A stretch of 64,000 bases of DNA from an uncultured Solirubrobacterales bacterium (lineage in GTDB: Bacteria > Actinomycetota > Thermoleophilia > Solirubrobacterales > Solirubrobacteraceae). The notes beneath the pieces were generated by a model that saw nothing but the letters and a program-made list of their open reading frames with translations, ran no database searches and was not told the origin of the DNA. Numbering within the stretch: position 1 is the stretch's first letter; each line of letters begins with the position of its first letter. The DNA is taken from NCBI GenBank assembly GCA_963738195.1, contig CAVTVF010000002.1, positions 1,926,992-1,990,991 of the forward strand, in the 5' to 3' direction. Shown in pieces: positions 39,360 to 51,609 of the stretch. Made by a program: the position numbers and the translations under genes.

Positions 39360-39620
39360 TCAGGCACTCTCAGCTTGCGCCGGAGGCCGAAACAAGCGCT
39401 GGTCCTCAATCGGGTCGAACCCACCGTGGCTGAAGGGGTTACAGCGCAGCAGGCGCCATGCCGCCAAGACCAGTCCACGGAGTATGCCGAACCGGGTGAT
39501 CGCCTGCACCGCGTACTCGGAGCACGAGGGGTAGTACTTGCAGCGCCGCCCGACCAGGGGTGAGATGAGCGCTTGATAGAGCTTGATCGGAGCGATCGCG
39601 AGCCTGCGCAAGGCAGTCAT
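39360..39620 (-). CDS. yidD: Membrane protein insertion efficiency factor
   Basis: ISP...[10 protein letters not shown]...[15 protein letters not shown]. Confidence 0.96.
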   Translation of the reverse strand: MTALRRLAIAPIKLYQALISPLVGRRCKYYPSCSEYAVQAITRFGILRGLVLAAWRLLRCNPFSHGGFDPIEDQRLFRPPAQAESA

Positions 39621-40036
39621 GGCGTTCCAGCCTCCGGGGCATGTGCTCCTGCGGCCGTCGACGAGTTGCCCTCACCGATTGGCGCGATCAGCTCTGTCAG
39701 CTGCTTCCGGACCCCGTTCAGTCCTTCGCGTTCGGCCAGGTCGCGAAGATCCCGCCTCGCCACGACGACCACGTCGAGTCCCGCCGGAAGACTGCCCTCG
39801 GCGCTCCTGAACGCCTCCCGGAGAAGGCGCTTGACGCGGTTGCGCTCCACGGCGCCGCCGACCTTGCGCGAGACCGACAGCCCCAGACGCGCCGGCCCGT
39901 CATCACCTCGTGGAAAGACATGCACGACCATTTCTCGACCGCCGTGGGAGCGGCCGCTGCGCAGTACGCGATCAAAATCCGCGCTGCGCGAAAGCCGGGC
40001 GCGGCGGGGGCGTCGCTGGCCGGGCGGCCCGGCCAT
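39617..40036 (-). CDS. rnpA: RNase P protein component
   Basis: [25 protein letters not shown]. Confidence 0.96.
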   Translation of the reverse strand: MAGPPGQRRPRRARLSRSADFDRVLRSGRSHGGREMVVHVFPRGDDGPARLGLSVSRKVGGAVERNRVKRLLREAFRSAEGSLPAGLDVVVVARRDLRDLAEREGLNGVRKQLTELIAPIGEGNSSTAAGAHAPEAGTP

Positions 40037-40170
40037 CAGACCGTCAGCCGCTTGCGACCCTTCGCTCGACGGCGCTTGATCGTCAGCCGGCCACCGCGGG
40101 TGCGCATCCGCGCACGGAATCCGTGCGTCTTGGACCGCTTTCGCTTTTTCGGCTGATAGGTGCGCTTCAT
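40036..40170 (-). CDS. rpmH: 50S ribosomal protein L34
   Basis: Hand translation [44 protein letters not shown]; TATACT -10 near 40198-40203. Confidence 0.97.
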   Translation of the reverse strand: MKRTYQPKKRKRSKTHGFRARMRTRGGRLTIKRRRAKGRKRLTV

Positions 40171-40355
40171 CGCTCGTGTGGTGCCGGCTGAAGGTCGAGT
40201 ATAGCCCCGGCCCTAATCACTCCCCCGAGGCGGTTTTTGTCGCGCTTTGCGCTGAGCCTTGTTTGTCGTCGATGCAAGCGCTGGTATATATCGAAGCCCC
40301 TGGCCGTTTGGCCTCGGAGCCTCTGTATCCGCCGCCTTACGCTCCACCGAGCTGC

Positions 40356-41708
40356 TTGGACCTGCCTGCGCAAACACAACCGCTGCCCGCTTGGCAGGAA
40401 ATTAGAGCCGGGCTGCGTTTAGCCGCAGGCGACTCCGCGTTCGAACTTTGGCTGGCTCCTCTGGAGCCGCTCAGCTGGGACGGCGCCGTGCTCCGCCTGC
40501 GTGCGCCCGGGAGCACGGGACAGTGGGTGGCGCGTCGGTACCGGCGTCTGATCGAACGCGAAGCGCGTCGGGCGGTCGGGTCCGACCTAAGGATTGAATT
40601 CACCAGCGAGCGCGTCGGGCGGTCGACGCGCGGTGAGCAGACCTCAGAGCCGCCGGCCGCAAACGCCCCGGCCTTCAATCCCCGCTACAGCTTCGAGCAA
40701 TTCATCATCGGCGAGACCAATCGTCTCGCGCACGCGGCCGCGCTCGCCGTAGCCGAAATGCCAGGGCAGGCGTACAACCCGCTCTTCCTTTACGCGGCGC
40801 CGGGCCTGGGCAAAACCCACCTCCTCCACGCGATCGGGAACTACATCAGTGCGTTCGGAGACAGTGCCTTTGTCCGCTATACGACAGCCGAGGCCTTCAC
40901 TAACAACTTCCTCTCGGCTCTTGGCTCGCGTTCGCTCGAGCCTTTCAAGCGCATGTACCGCAGCGCCGACGTACTGATGATCGATGACGTCCAATTCATC
41001 GAGAGCAAGGCCCGCACCGAGGAGGAGTTCTTCCACACCTTCAATGCCCTCTATGAAGCGGGGCGACAACTGGTCGTGACATGTGACCGGCTGCCCAAGG
41101 ACCTGACCGCCGTGCAGGACCGGTTGCGAGAGCGCTTCGAGGCAGGCCTGGTCGCCGAGATCGGACGTCCCGATTTCGGCACGCGGCGCGCGATCTTGCG
41201 TAAACGGGCCGCGCTCGACGGCATAGAGATCGTCGATGCCGCGGTCCTCGACGTCATCGCCGAGCGGGTGACAAGCAATGTCCGCGCACTCGAGGGAGCG
41301 CTGATAAGAGTGGTCGCCTCGAACTCGCTCACGGCCAGGCCGATCGACCGCGTCTTCGCCGCTTCGGTGCTCGACACCATCCAGCCCCGGCCGGCTTCCG
41401 ATCCCCCCTCGCTTGAGGCGATCCAGCATGTGGTCGCGGCCGCCTTCGCAGTAAACGTCTCGGATCTCCTCTCCAGCTCCCGCTCGGCTCGCCTTGCATG
41501 GCCGCGTCAACTCGCGATGTACCTGGCTCGCGAGCTTACGAATCGCTCGCTTGAGAACATCGGCGCTCAGTTCGGCGGGCGCAGTCACACCACAGTGGTT
41601 CACGCCTGTGCCCAGGTATCGCGACGGATTGCTCGCGATGTCGAGACAGCGAAGCAACTGTCCGCTCTGCGCGCCACCCTGGGAAACCCGACTGACCGCA
41701 GCGATTGA
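40356..41708 (+). CDS. dnaA: Chromosomal replication initiator DnaA (TTG start inferred)
   Basis: NPRYSFEQF, YNPLFLY..PGLGKTHL, IDDVQF, EEFFHTFN, NVRALEGAL, RQLAMYL, FGGRSHTTV. Confidence 0.96.
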   Translation: MDLPAQTQPLPAWQEIRAGLRLAAGDSAFELWLAPLEPLSWDGAVLRLRAPGSTGQWVARRYRRLIEREARRAVGSDLRIEFTSERVGRSTRGEQTSEPPAANAPAFNPRYSFEQFIIGETNRLAHAAALAVAEMPGQAYNPLFLYAAPGLGKTHLLHAIGNYISAFGDSAFVRYTTAEAFTNNFLSALGSRSLEPFKRMYRSADVLMIDDVQFIESKARTEEEFFHTFNALYEAGRQLVVTCDRLPKDLTAVQDRLRERFEAGLVAEIGRPDFGTRRAILRKRAALDGIEIVDAAVLDVIAERVTSNVRALEGALIRVVASNSLTARPIDRVFAASVLDTIQPRPASDPPSLEAIQHVVAAAFAVNVSDLLSSSRSARLAWPRQLAMYLARELTNRSLENIGAQFGGRSHTTVVHACAQVSRRIARDVETAKQLSALRATLGNPTDRSD

Positions 41709-41818
41709 CAGACTGCTCTGGCGCGCAATCCCGCAATCACAGCGTTTCAAAGCACAAACGGCACCTTATTGACATCTCGACACTCCTATGACTACTTGAA
41801 GATCTTGAGGTATCTGGC
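41709..41818. other. Putative oriC unwinding region (dnaA-dnaN spacer)
   Basis: Position between dnaA and dnaN; lower GC than flanks; TTATTGACA/TCTCGACA followed by CTC and the trio-like CTATGACTACTT. Confidence 0.6.
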
Positions 41819-42925
41819 ATGAAGATTTCCGTCGAACGCGAAGCGCTGCTGTCACAGCTGCAGACCGCGGCCCGGGTCGCCACTTCCCGAACGGCGATCC
41901 AGGCCTTGTCCGGCGTGCAGTTGATGGTCTCTGATCACACCGAGCTGCGGGCGACGGACATGGAGGTGGGCCTGCGGGTGCCGGTGAGCGCGGAGACGGT
42001 TCGAGAGGGAACGGTCGTGCTTCCCGCTCGGCTCCTGTTGGACATAGTGCGATCCCTGCCGAACCCTCAGGTCTCACTCGAATTGCGATCCGCAGAACGG
42101 GACGTCGAGCTGACCTCGGGCTCAGCGGTGTTCCACATTCGCACCCTGCGCAGCGAGGACTTCCCGCCCTTCCCTGAGCCAGATGCTGACACCAGCGTGG
42201 CTGTACCGGCTGAAGCGTTCATTTCGACAGCGCAGAAGGTTGCAGGCGCCGCCTCGCGTGACGAGACGCGGCCGGTACTGACAGGGATCCTGATCTCGGC
42301 CGGCAGCGGTCGCTTGGAGATGGTGGCTACGGACTCCTACCGGCTGAGCGTCAAGCAGACGACGCTCGAGGAGCCCTTGACCCGGGACTTTGAGGTCAAC
42401 GTGCCTGCCCGCGCTCTACAGGAGCTCGCGCGCATCGCGAGCCAGCTGCAACCTCAGCAGCTCGAGATCTCCGTGCAACGAAACCAGGTCGTGTTCGTAC
42501 TCGACGGGGCCACCCTCTCTTCTCGTCTGATTGAAGGACAGTTCCCCAACCATCGGCAGCTCCTACCGGAGACCTTCGAGCACGAGCTGAGGATGGATGC
42601 GACCGAGCTGGCTGGAGTGGTGCGCCGCATCAGCCTGCTCGCACAGAAAAACCGCCCGCTTCGCCTGGCGTTCTCGCAGGGGGAGTTGAGCGTGTCCGCC
42701 GAGACGCCGGATGTCGGCGAGGCTCGTGAGTCGCTGCCCGTTCCATTCGAGGGTGATCCGCTTGAGATCGGGTTCAACCCCGAGTTTTTGCGCGAGGGCT
42801 TCGAGGCCGTCGAGGAGGGAGACGTGCTCCTGAAGCTGATCAGCCCGATCCGCCCCGGACTGATCGAGGCGGCAGACGGGAGCGGCTTTCAGTACCTGAT
42901 CATGCCGATCCGACTGAATGTGTAG
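41819..42925 (+). CDS. dnaN: DNA polymerase III beta clamp
   Basis: ATDME, DETRPVLTG, VATDSYRL, SRLIEGQFP, IGFNPEFL, YLIMPIR. Confidence 0.97.
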   Translation: MKISVEREALLSQLQTAARVATSRTAIQALSGVQLMVSDHTELRATDMEVGLRVPVSAETVREGTVVLPARLLLDIVRSLPNPQVSLELRSAERDVELTSGSAVFHIRTLRSEDFPPFPEPDADTSVAVPAEAFISTAQKVAGAASRDETRPVLTGILISAGSGRLEMVATDSYRLSVKQTTLEEPLTRDFEVNVPARALQELARIASQLQPQQLEISVQRNQVVFVLDGATLSSRLIEGQFPNHRQLLPETFEHELRMDATELAGVVRRISLLAQKNRPLRLAFSQGELSVSAETPDVGEARESLPVPFEGDPLEIGFNPEFLREGFEAVEEGDVLLKLISPIRPGLIEAADGSGFQYLIMPIRLNV

Positions 42926-44101
42926 GTGGAAGCGCCGAGCGCATTGCTTGCGTCCGGCGAGAACGCCGACCCCGGCACTGCTGGGCCGCGCGTCGCCTCG
43001 GTGGCGCTGCGGGATTTCCGGTCTTACGAGCGCGCCGAGGTGACGCTCGGCGATGGCCTAAACGTCATTGTCGGTCCGAACGGCGCTGGCAAGACGAACC
43101 TGCTCGAGGCGATCTACTGCGGGTGCACCGGGCGGTCCTGTCGCGCCGCGCACGAGCGTGAGATCGTCCGGTTCGGGGCCCAGGCCACCAGGATCGCCGT
43201 ATCGGTCCGGAGTTCTGATGGACGCCATGACCTGACGGTCGGGTTTAAGCCGGGCGAGCCGAAACGGTTGTTGATCGATGGCGCGGCGGTCGAGACACTG
43301 CTGGAAGCCGCGGCGCGGCCCCTACTGACCGTGTTTCTCCCCGACCGGCTCGAGTTGGTCAAGGGACCGCCGTCCGTCCGCCGGGCACATCTCGATCAGC
43401 TGGTGGCTGCTTTGTGGCCGGCGCGGGTGGCGAACCGACGGATGTATGCGCAGGCGCTCGCGCAACGAAATGCATTGATCGCCCGCATTCGCTCCCAAGG
43501 GCTTGCTCGTGACGGGCTCCAGGCGTGGGATGTCCAGCTGGCCCGCGCCGGAATTGCCCTAATGGGAGATCGGGCCGCTGCAGTCGACGCGATCAGCGGA
43601 TCCTTTGCCCGCGCGGCGGGTGAGCTCGGCCTCGACGGCGAGCTTGATTTGCGCTATCGGCCGCGCTCACGCGCAGACTCGCCGGAGCAGCTCGTCGCCG
43701 AGCTGGCCGAGCGCGTTGATTCCGATCTCGAACGGGGTTTCACTGGCCATGGGCCCCATCGCGACGAGCTCGCGCTACTGCGGAACGGTCGGGAGTTGCG
43801 GACATACGGATCGCAGGGCCAGCAGCGCCTCGGCCTGTTGGCGTTGCTGCTCTCCGAGCGCGAGGCGGTCGCTCGCATGCGCGGCGCGCTCCCCGTGCTG
43901 CTCCTGGATGACGTGATGAGCGAGCTTGACCACGAGCGCCGGCATGCACTCGCGTCGCGCTTGCGCAGAGACGGAGGGCAAGCCGTGATCACCGCGTCCG
44001 AGCGTCAGCACGTCCCGGGTGCCGACGCCTCAGACGTGGCTGTCCTCGATGTGGTCGCTCTCAGGTCGAACGAGAGCGAGGATGAGCCCGACCCGTCATA
44101 G
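42926..44101 (+). CDS. recF: DNA replication/repair protein RecF
   Basis: FRSY, GPNGAGKTNLLEAI, GPHRDE, GSQGQQR, LLLDDVMSELD. Confidence 0.96.
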   Translation: MEAPSALLASGENADPGTAGPRVASVALRDFRSYERAEVTLGDGLNVIVGPNGAGKTNLLEAIYCGCTGRSCRAAHEREIVRFGAQATRIAVSVRSSDGRHDLTVGFKPGEPKRLLIDGAAVETLLEAAARPLLTVFLPDRLELVKGPPSVRRAHLDQLVAALWPARVANRRMYAQALAQRNALIARIRSQGLARDGLQAWDVQLARAGIALMGDRAAAVDAISGSFARAAGELGLDGELDLRYRPRSRADSPEQLVAELAERVDSDLERGFTGHGPHRDELALLRNGRELRTYGSQGQQRLGLLALLLSEREAVARMRGALPVLLLDDVMSELDHERRHALASRLRRDGGQAVITASERQHVPGADASDVAVLDVVALRSNESEDEPDPS

Positions 44102-44405
44102 GCCTAGACCGCTCTCGAGCGCGCTCGACGTCCTCGCAGCACGGCTTGCGCCGGGCAGTCTGCTCGGCGAAGCGCAGAGCGCTTGGCGTGAGGCAGTGGG
44201 TCCCTCTATCTCCGCCCGGGCCTGGCCGGTGGCCGAGCGAGGAGCGGTACTTACGGTTTCATGTGAGTCCTCGGTCTGGGCGCAGGAGCTCGACCTGATG
44301 AGCGACGCGATCCGTGAGCGCCTGAACGACCGCCTCGCGTCGGGTGAAATCAGAAGACTCAGATGCGTTGCGACGCCGCCCGGCGAGGCGTGGCCGCGAC
44401 GTTGA
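44082..44405 (+). CDS. dciA: DUF721/DciA family protein
   Basis: W.EAVG, LTVSCESSVWAQEL; canonical slot between recF and gyrB. Confidence 0.85.
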   Translation: MSPTRHRPRPLSSALDVLAARLAPGSLLGEAQSAWREAVGPSISARAWPVAERGAVLTVSCESSVWAQELDLMSDAIRERLNDRLASGEIRRLRCVATPPGEAWPRR

Positions 44406-44609
44406 AGTCGACGCTCGGGCAGGGTTAGCGCGACCACCGTTGAACACCTCAGAAGCGAGCCGCAAGGTCGCGTGATAACTGCCCCTCGAGACTCTCCAGA
44501 GCTGGCACGAATTGGTGCCACTTTTGTGCATATTTGCAGGCAAAATATGACGCTGGCAGGGTTCGGCTAAGGGGTCTTTTGTGCTATTCTTCTGTACACC
44601 AGCTTCTGA

Positions 44610-47096
<2,487 letters not shown>

Positions 47097-47100
47097 AGCC

Positions 47101-50100
47101 ATGTCCGCGATCGACGTCATCGGCGGCGGCAACATCGAGCCCCGCGGGCTCGAGGAGGAGATGCGCTCTGCGTATCTCGATTACGCCATGTCGGTCATCG
47201 TCGGGCGAGCGCTACCCGACGTCCGCGACGGCCTGAAGCCCGTGCACAGGCGCGTCCTCTTCGCCATGAGCGAGGCGGGCCTTCAGCCCACGCGCTCGCG
47301 AGCCAAGTCCTCCCGCATCGTCGGCGACGTGATGGGCAAGTACCACCCGCACGGCGACGCGCCGATCTACGACACGCTCGTGCGCCTCGCCCAGGACTTC
47401 TCGATGCGTTACCCGCTCGTCGACGGCCAGGGCAACTTCGGCTCGATTGACGACGACCCGCCGGCGGCCATGCGCTATTGCGTAGCGGGCGAGACTCGCG
47501 TCGCCACCCCCCACGGCACGGTACGGATCGACGAGATCGCTCCTGGCTTGAAGCCCGACTCCGAACTCGAGCTGGAGTTACAGGTCCTTGACCGTCTGGG
47601 TCGACCGGCCCGGGTGTCGAAGGTCTTCCACTCGGGCCTCCATCCCACCCTGCGTCTTCGGACGCGGGAAGGCTACGAATTGATCGGGACCACCAACCAT
47701 CCCGTCTTGTGCCTGGTGGATATGGCCGGCGTTCCGCTACTGATGTGGAAGCTGCTCGAGGAGATCGAGTCGGGCGACAGGATCCTCGTTTCGCGCACGA
47801 CGCGTGCGCACGCCGCGGACTCGGTCGCAGAGCGAGAGCTGGAGATGGACACAGCGTTGCTGCTCGGAGCATTCGTCGCGGAGGGATGGGCCAGCGGCAG
47901 CCGGGCGGGGTTCAACAACATCGACTCGGACTTCTTCGATCAAGTGGTTCGGGCATACGACTCCGTCGTTGGCGGTCCTCGTTACATATACAGCCGGGAG
48001 ATCGCATCCGGGAGCAGGCTCTTCGAGCTCGATGTCCACAATCTGAGAGCCCTACAGGCCAGCCCGCTCGCGGAGCTCGCCGGTCGGCTGAGCGCCGACA
48101 AGCGCGTGCCCGAGTGCGTCTGGCAAAGCTCACTGCAGTTCAAGCGCACGTTTCTGCAGGCGCTGTTCACGGGCGATGGCTCGTGTTCGCTGCTTCCGCG
48201 GGCGACCGTCCAGATCTCGTATTCCAGCTACAGCGAAGAACTCGCCAAAGACGTGCAGCTGCTGCTGCTCGAGTTCGGCGTGATCAGCCGCCTTTGCCGT
48301 TATGACGGCGGCGAGATCAAGGTTGTAATCACCAATCGGCGGGACGCGCGCCTGTTCGCGGAGCGGGTTGGCTTTTTGGGAAAGAAGCAACACAAACTTC
48401 GCCTTGCTCTTGCCGCTATTCCGCTCGTCAGCCGGGCGCTCAGTCACGATCACGTCCCTCATCTCGCCGCGTATGTCCGTGGTGCCTGCGGCTCTCCATG
48501 GACGGACCGGGACTGGCTGACCCGCCATAACATCGATCGCATCGAGCGGTGGGAGCGCGAAGGGACCGCGATCATGGAGCGAATTGCTTCCTCCGAGGTG
48601 CGAGACGTGATCGCCCCACTCGTGACGGGCGACTACTACTACGCGCAGGTCGGCTCAGTCGATGACGCCGGGGTTCGGCCTGTCTATTCGCTCCGAGTCG
48701 AGACAGATGACCACTCTTTTCTGACAAACGGATTTGTCAGCCATAACACTGAAGCCCGCCTGGCGCCCATGGCGATCGAGATGTTGCGGGACATCGATGC
48801 CGACACGGTCGACTTCTTCCCCAACTATGACGGCAAGAACCAGGAGCCGGTGCCGCTGCCTTCGCGGTTCCCCAACCTGCTCGTCAATGGCGCCGCCGGC
48901 ATCGCGGTCGGCATGGCGACCAACATTCCGCCGCACAACCTGCGCGAGACGATCAAGGCCGTGATCGCTTACGTCGAAAACCCCGAGATCACGGTCGAAG
49001 GACTGATGAAGCACGTGAAGGGTCCCGACTTCCCCACCGGCGGGGTCATTCTCGGCAGCGCGGGCATCCGTGACGCATACACGACCGGCCGCGGTCGCGT
49101 GCGAATCCAGGCCCGAGCTCACGTGGAGCCCCTGAGTCAGGGCAAGGAAGCGATCGTCGTCACCGAGCTGCCCTACCAGGTCAAGAAGGGGGGCGAGGGC
49201 GGTCTGATCCGGAAGATCGCCCACCTCGTCCACGAGAAGAAGCTGCCCGAGATCTCCGATCTCGAGGATCACTCGAGCGACAAGGGAATGCGGCTCGTGA
49301 TCGAGCTCAAGCGCGGCTCGATCCCGAAGGTCGTCCTCAACAAGCTCTACAAGCACACGCCCATGCAGGCGACCTTCGGTGTCAACATGGTCGCGCTCGT
49401 CGACAACGTCCCTCGCACGCTCTCGCTGCGCGAGGTGATCGGTCACTACGTCCGCCACCAGCGCGACGTCGTCATCCGCCGCACCAAGCACGAGCTGCGT
49501 CGCTCCGAGGAGAAGGTCCACATCCTCGAGGGCTACTTGGTCGCGCTCGACAACCTCGATGAGGTGATCGCGCTGATTCGGGGCTCACGCGATCCCGAGA
49601 CCGCGCGCAAGGGATTGATCGAGCGCTTCGAGCTGACCGTGATCCAGGCCCAGGCGATCCTCCAGCTGACGCTGAGCCGTCTGACCGCGCTCGAGGCGGA
49701 CAAGATCAAGCTGGAGTACGAGGACCTCGTCGAGCTCATCAAGGAGCTGCGAGCGATCCTGGGCGACGAGCGCAAGGTCGACGGGCTGATCACCGAGGAG
49801 CTGCAGGAGATTGCAGCCAGGTACGGAGACGAGCGGCGGACCGAGATCGCCCACGCGGAGGGCGAGATCGACATCGAGGACCTGATCGCCGACCAGCAGA
49901 TGGTGATCTCGATCACGCGCTCGGGCTACGTCAAGTCGCTGCCGCTCTCGACCTATCGCCAGCAGCGCCGCGGCGGAATTGGCGTCTCCGGCGGCGACAT
50001 CAAGGACGACGACTACATCGAACATCTCTTCGTCTCCTCGACCCACGACTACCTGCTCTTCTTCACGAACCGCGGCAAGGTCTACCGCCTCAAGGTCTAC

Positions 50101-50913
50101 GAGCTCCCGGAGGCTTCGCGAACGGCCCGTGGTCGCGCGTTGGTCAACCTCTTGCCGCTGAGAGAGGGCGAGCGCGTCCAGTCGGTGCTCTCGACGCGCG
50201 ACTTTGCCGAAGGCAAGTACCTCGTTTTTGCTACGCGCAAGGGGATGATCAAGAAGACCGAGTTCGGCGCCTACAACACCCCGATCAAGGCCGACGGGAT
50301 CATCGCGATCAACATCCGCGACGACGACGAGCTGATCGCGGTGCGCCGCACCGGCGGCCACGACGACATCATCATGGTTTCTCGCTCCGGACAAGCCGCC
50401 CGCTTCTCGGAGGAGCAGGTTCGTTCCATGGGCAGGGACACCAGCGGTGTGCGCGGCATGAACGTCTCACAGAAGGACAACGCGGTGATCGCGATGGACG
50501 TGGCCCGCGACGATCAGGAGCTGCTGGTCGTGACCGAAAACGGCTACGGCAAGCGCACGCCGATTCCCGAGTACCCCGTCAAGGGTCGCGGGACGATGGG
50601 CGTCAAGACGATCATGCTGACCCGCAACAAGGGCCAGCTGGCAGGCGCGCTCGTCGTGCGGGAGCACCAGGAGCTCGTCTTCATCTCCCAGAACGGGATG
50701 GTGCAGCGCACCTCGGTGCGCGGCATCAACCGCTACGGCCGCGCCTCGCAGGGGGTCCGCGTCATGAACCTGCGCGAGGACGATCAGGTGTCTGCCGTGG
50801 CGCTGGTCGCGGAGTCCGAGGCGAACACTGCGGCAAAGGTAGCCGCCGACGAAGCCGCCGACGAAGCCGCCGACGACGGGTCGGCCGAGGGCGGCGAGCC
50901 GGCCGAGATCTAG
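47101..50913 (+). CDS. gyrA: DNA gyrase subunit A precursor containing an intein
   Basis: [20 protein letters not shown]|intein|[19 protein letters not shown], GyrA-box QRRGGIG, C-terminal repeats. Confidence 0.98.
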   Translation: MSAIDVIGGGNIEPRGLEEEMRSAYLDYAMSVIVGRALPDVRDGLKPVHRRVLFAMSEAGLQPTRSRAKSSRIVGDVMGKYHPHGDAPIYDTLVRLAQDFSMRYPLVDGQGNFGSIDDDPPAAMRYCVAGETRVATPHGTVRIDEIAPGLKPDSELELELQVLDRLGRPARVSKVFHSGLHPTLRLRTREGYELIGTTNHPVLCLVDMAGVPLLMWKLLEEIESGDRILVSRTTRAHAADSVAERELEMDTALLLGAFVAEGWASGSRAGFNNIDSDFFDQVVRAYDSVVGGPRYIYSREIASGSRLFELDVHNLRALQASPLAELAGRLSADKRVPECVWQSSLQFKRTFLQALFTGDGSCSLLPRATVQISYSSYSEELAKDVQLLLLEFGVISRLCRYDGGEIKVVITNRRDARLFAERVGFLGKKQHKLRLALAAIPLVSRALSHDHVPHLAAYVRGACGSPWTDRDWLTRHNIDRIERWEREGTAIMERIASSEVRDVIAPLVTGDYYYAQVGSVDDAGVRPVYSLRVETDDHSFLTNGFVSHNTEARLAPMAIEMLRDIDADTVDFFPNYDGKNQEPVPLPSRFPNLLVNGAAGIAVGMATNIPPHNLRETIKAVIAYVENPEITVEGLMKHVKGPDFPTGGVILGSAGIRDAYTTGRGRVRIQARAHVEPLSQGKEAIVVTELPYQVKKGGEGGLIRKIAHLVHEKKLPEISDLEDHSSDKGMRLVIELKRGSIPKVVLNKLYKHTPMQATFGVNMVALVDNVPRTLSLREVIGHYVRHQRDVVIRRTKHELRRSEEKVHILEGYLVALDNLDEVIALIRGSRDPETARKGLIERFELTVIQAQAILQLTLSRLTALEADKIKLEYEDLVELIKELRAILGDERKVDGLITEELQEIAARYGDERRTEIAHAEGEIDIEDLIADQQMVISITRSGYVKSLPLSTYRQQRRGGIGVSGGDIKDDDYIEHLFVSSTHDYLLFFTNRGKVYRLKVYELPEASRTARGRALVNLLPLREGERVQSVLSTRDFAEGKYLVFATRKGMIKKTEFGAYNTPIKADGIIAINIRDDDELIAVRRTGGHDDIIMVSRSGQAARFSEEQVRSMGRDTSGVRGMNVSQKDNAVIAMDVARDDQELLVVTENGYGKRTPIPEYPVKGRGTMGVKTIMLTRNKGQLAGALVVREHQELVFISQNGMVQRTSVRGINRYGRASQGVRVMNLREDDQVSAVALVAESEANTAAKVAADEAADEAADDGSAEGGEPAEI
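47479..48747 (+). mobile_element. GyrA intein with dodecapeptide (LAGLIDADG) homing endonuclease, 423 aa
   Basis: Starts at Cys (CVAGETRV) right after catalytic RY; block B TTNHP; LLGAFVAEG and [10 protein letters not shown]; ends FVSHN followed by Thr+1. Confidence 0.96.
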
Positions 50914-51302
50914 CCGCGGCCCAGGCCGGCGGCCGCCAGTGCGTCGTCCGGGTTGGGGTAGTGGACCATCTCGACGACCTTGCCGTCTCGGAAGGTCGTG
51001 AGGTTGGCGACCGGGGGCACGGACTCGTCCTCCGCAGATGCGGGGCGCATGATGAGCACGACCTGGTCGCCCGCGTCGATCACATCGAGCATCTCGCCGA
51101 CGCCCGGCCGGCCCTCCCGGCGCCGCCACGCGTTCTGCATGAACGCGAGCGCCTCCGCCCGGTTGTGGCATGAGCCCTCGGCCGACGGATCGCCGCCGTG
51201 CCATTTGACCTCCGGGTCGAGCAGCTCGGCGATCGACGCGAAGTCTCCTCGCAGTGCGGCCTCGTAGCCGCGCCGGACCAGCTCCAGGTTCGCCTCGCTC
51301 AC
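50910..51302 (-). CDS. NTF2/SnoaL-like protein
   Basis: [29 protein letters not shown]...DALAAAGL. Confidence 0.85.
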   Translation of the reverse strand: MSEANLELVRRGYEAALRGDFASIAELLDPEVKWHGGDPSAEGSCHNRAEALAFMQNAWRRREGRPGVGEMLDVIDAGDQVVLIMRPASAEDESVPPVANLTTFRDGKVVEMVHYPNPDDALAAAGLGRG

Positions 51303-51344
51303 GGAGCAATTCTCGCACCCCACAACCACCGAGGTGAGCTACCG

Positions 51345-51534
51345 GGAGCCATCGGCGGGTCCCGTCGCCCGGACGCGATATCGTGCGAGTCACCAGAGAA
51401 AGGAGGTGGTCCGCCTGTCTGACAGTCATACCGGGACCCTGGAGGTGTCCGGCCGCTAGGACGGAGGCTGACCCCGCTTAGCGGAGTCCCCCCGAGACAC
51501 CGCCGTGGCCTGCGCCGGGACTCGTCCCTCCGGC
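51345..51534 (+). ncRNA. Candidate structured RNA with extended SD-like motif and internal small ORF
   Basis: Complementary pairs 51348-51358/51500-51509, 51357-51364/51432-51439 and 51444-51449/51496-51501; CCGC-TTA-GCGG hairpin; terminal hairpin 51514-51534; AGAAAGGAGGTGGTCC at 51397-51412. Confidence 0.5.
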
Positions 51535-51609
51535 ATGCTGAGCTCGCTGCGGCTCATGGCAGCCAAATCATCTGCGAAGGGCGCCGGTGGTCGACGGCGT
51601 CCTTCGCGC

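Noticed and set aside
50844-50877. GCCGACGAAGCC repeats at the gyrA 3' end
   Set aside because: They encode an ordinary low-complexity acidic tail ([12 protein letters not shown]).
51397-51412. Fragment of a 16S rRNA gene on the minus strand
   Set aside because: Similarity stops after 16 nt and the flanks do not resemble helix 45 or an ITS.
51345-51512. 6S RNA
   Set aside because: Length and a closing stem fit, but I could not build the long rod with a central bubble; left unassigned pending a covariance-model search.
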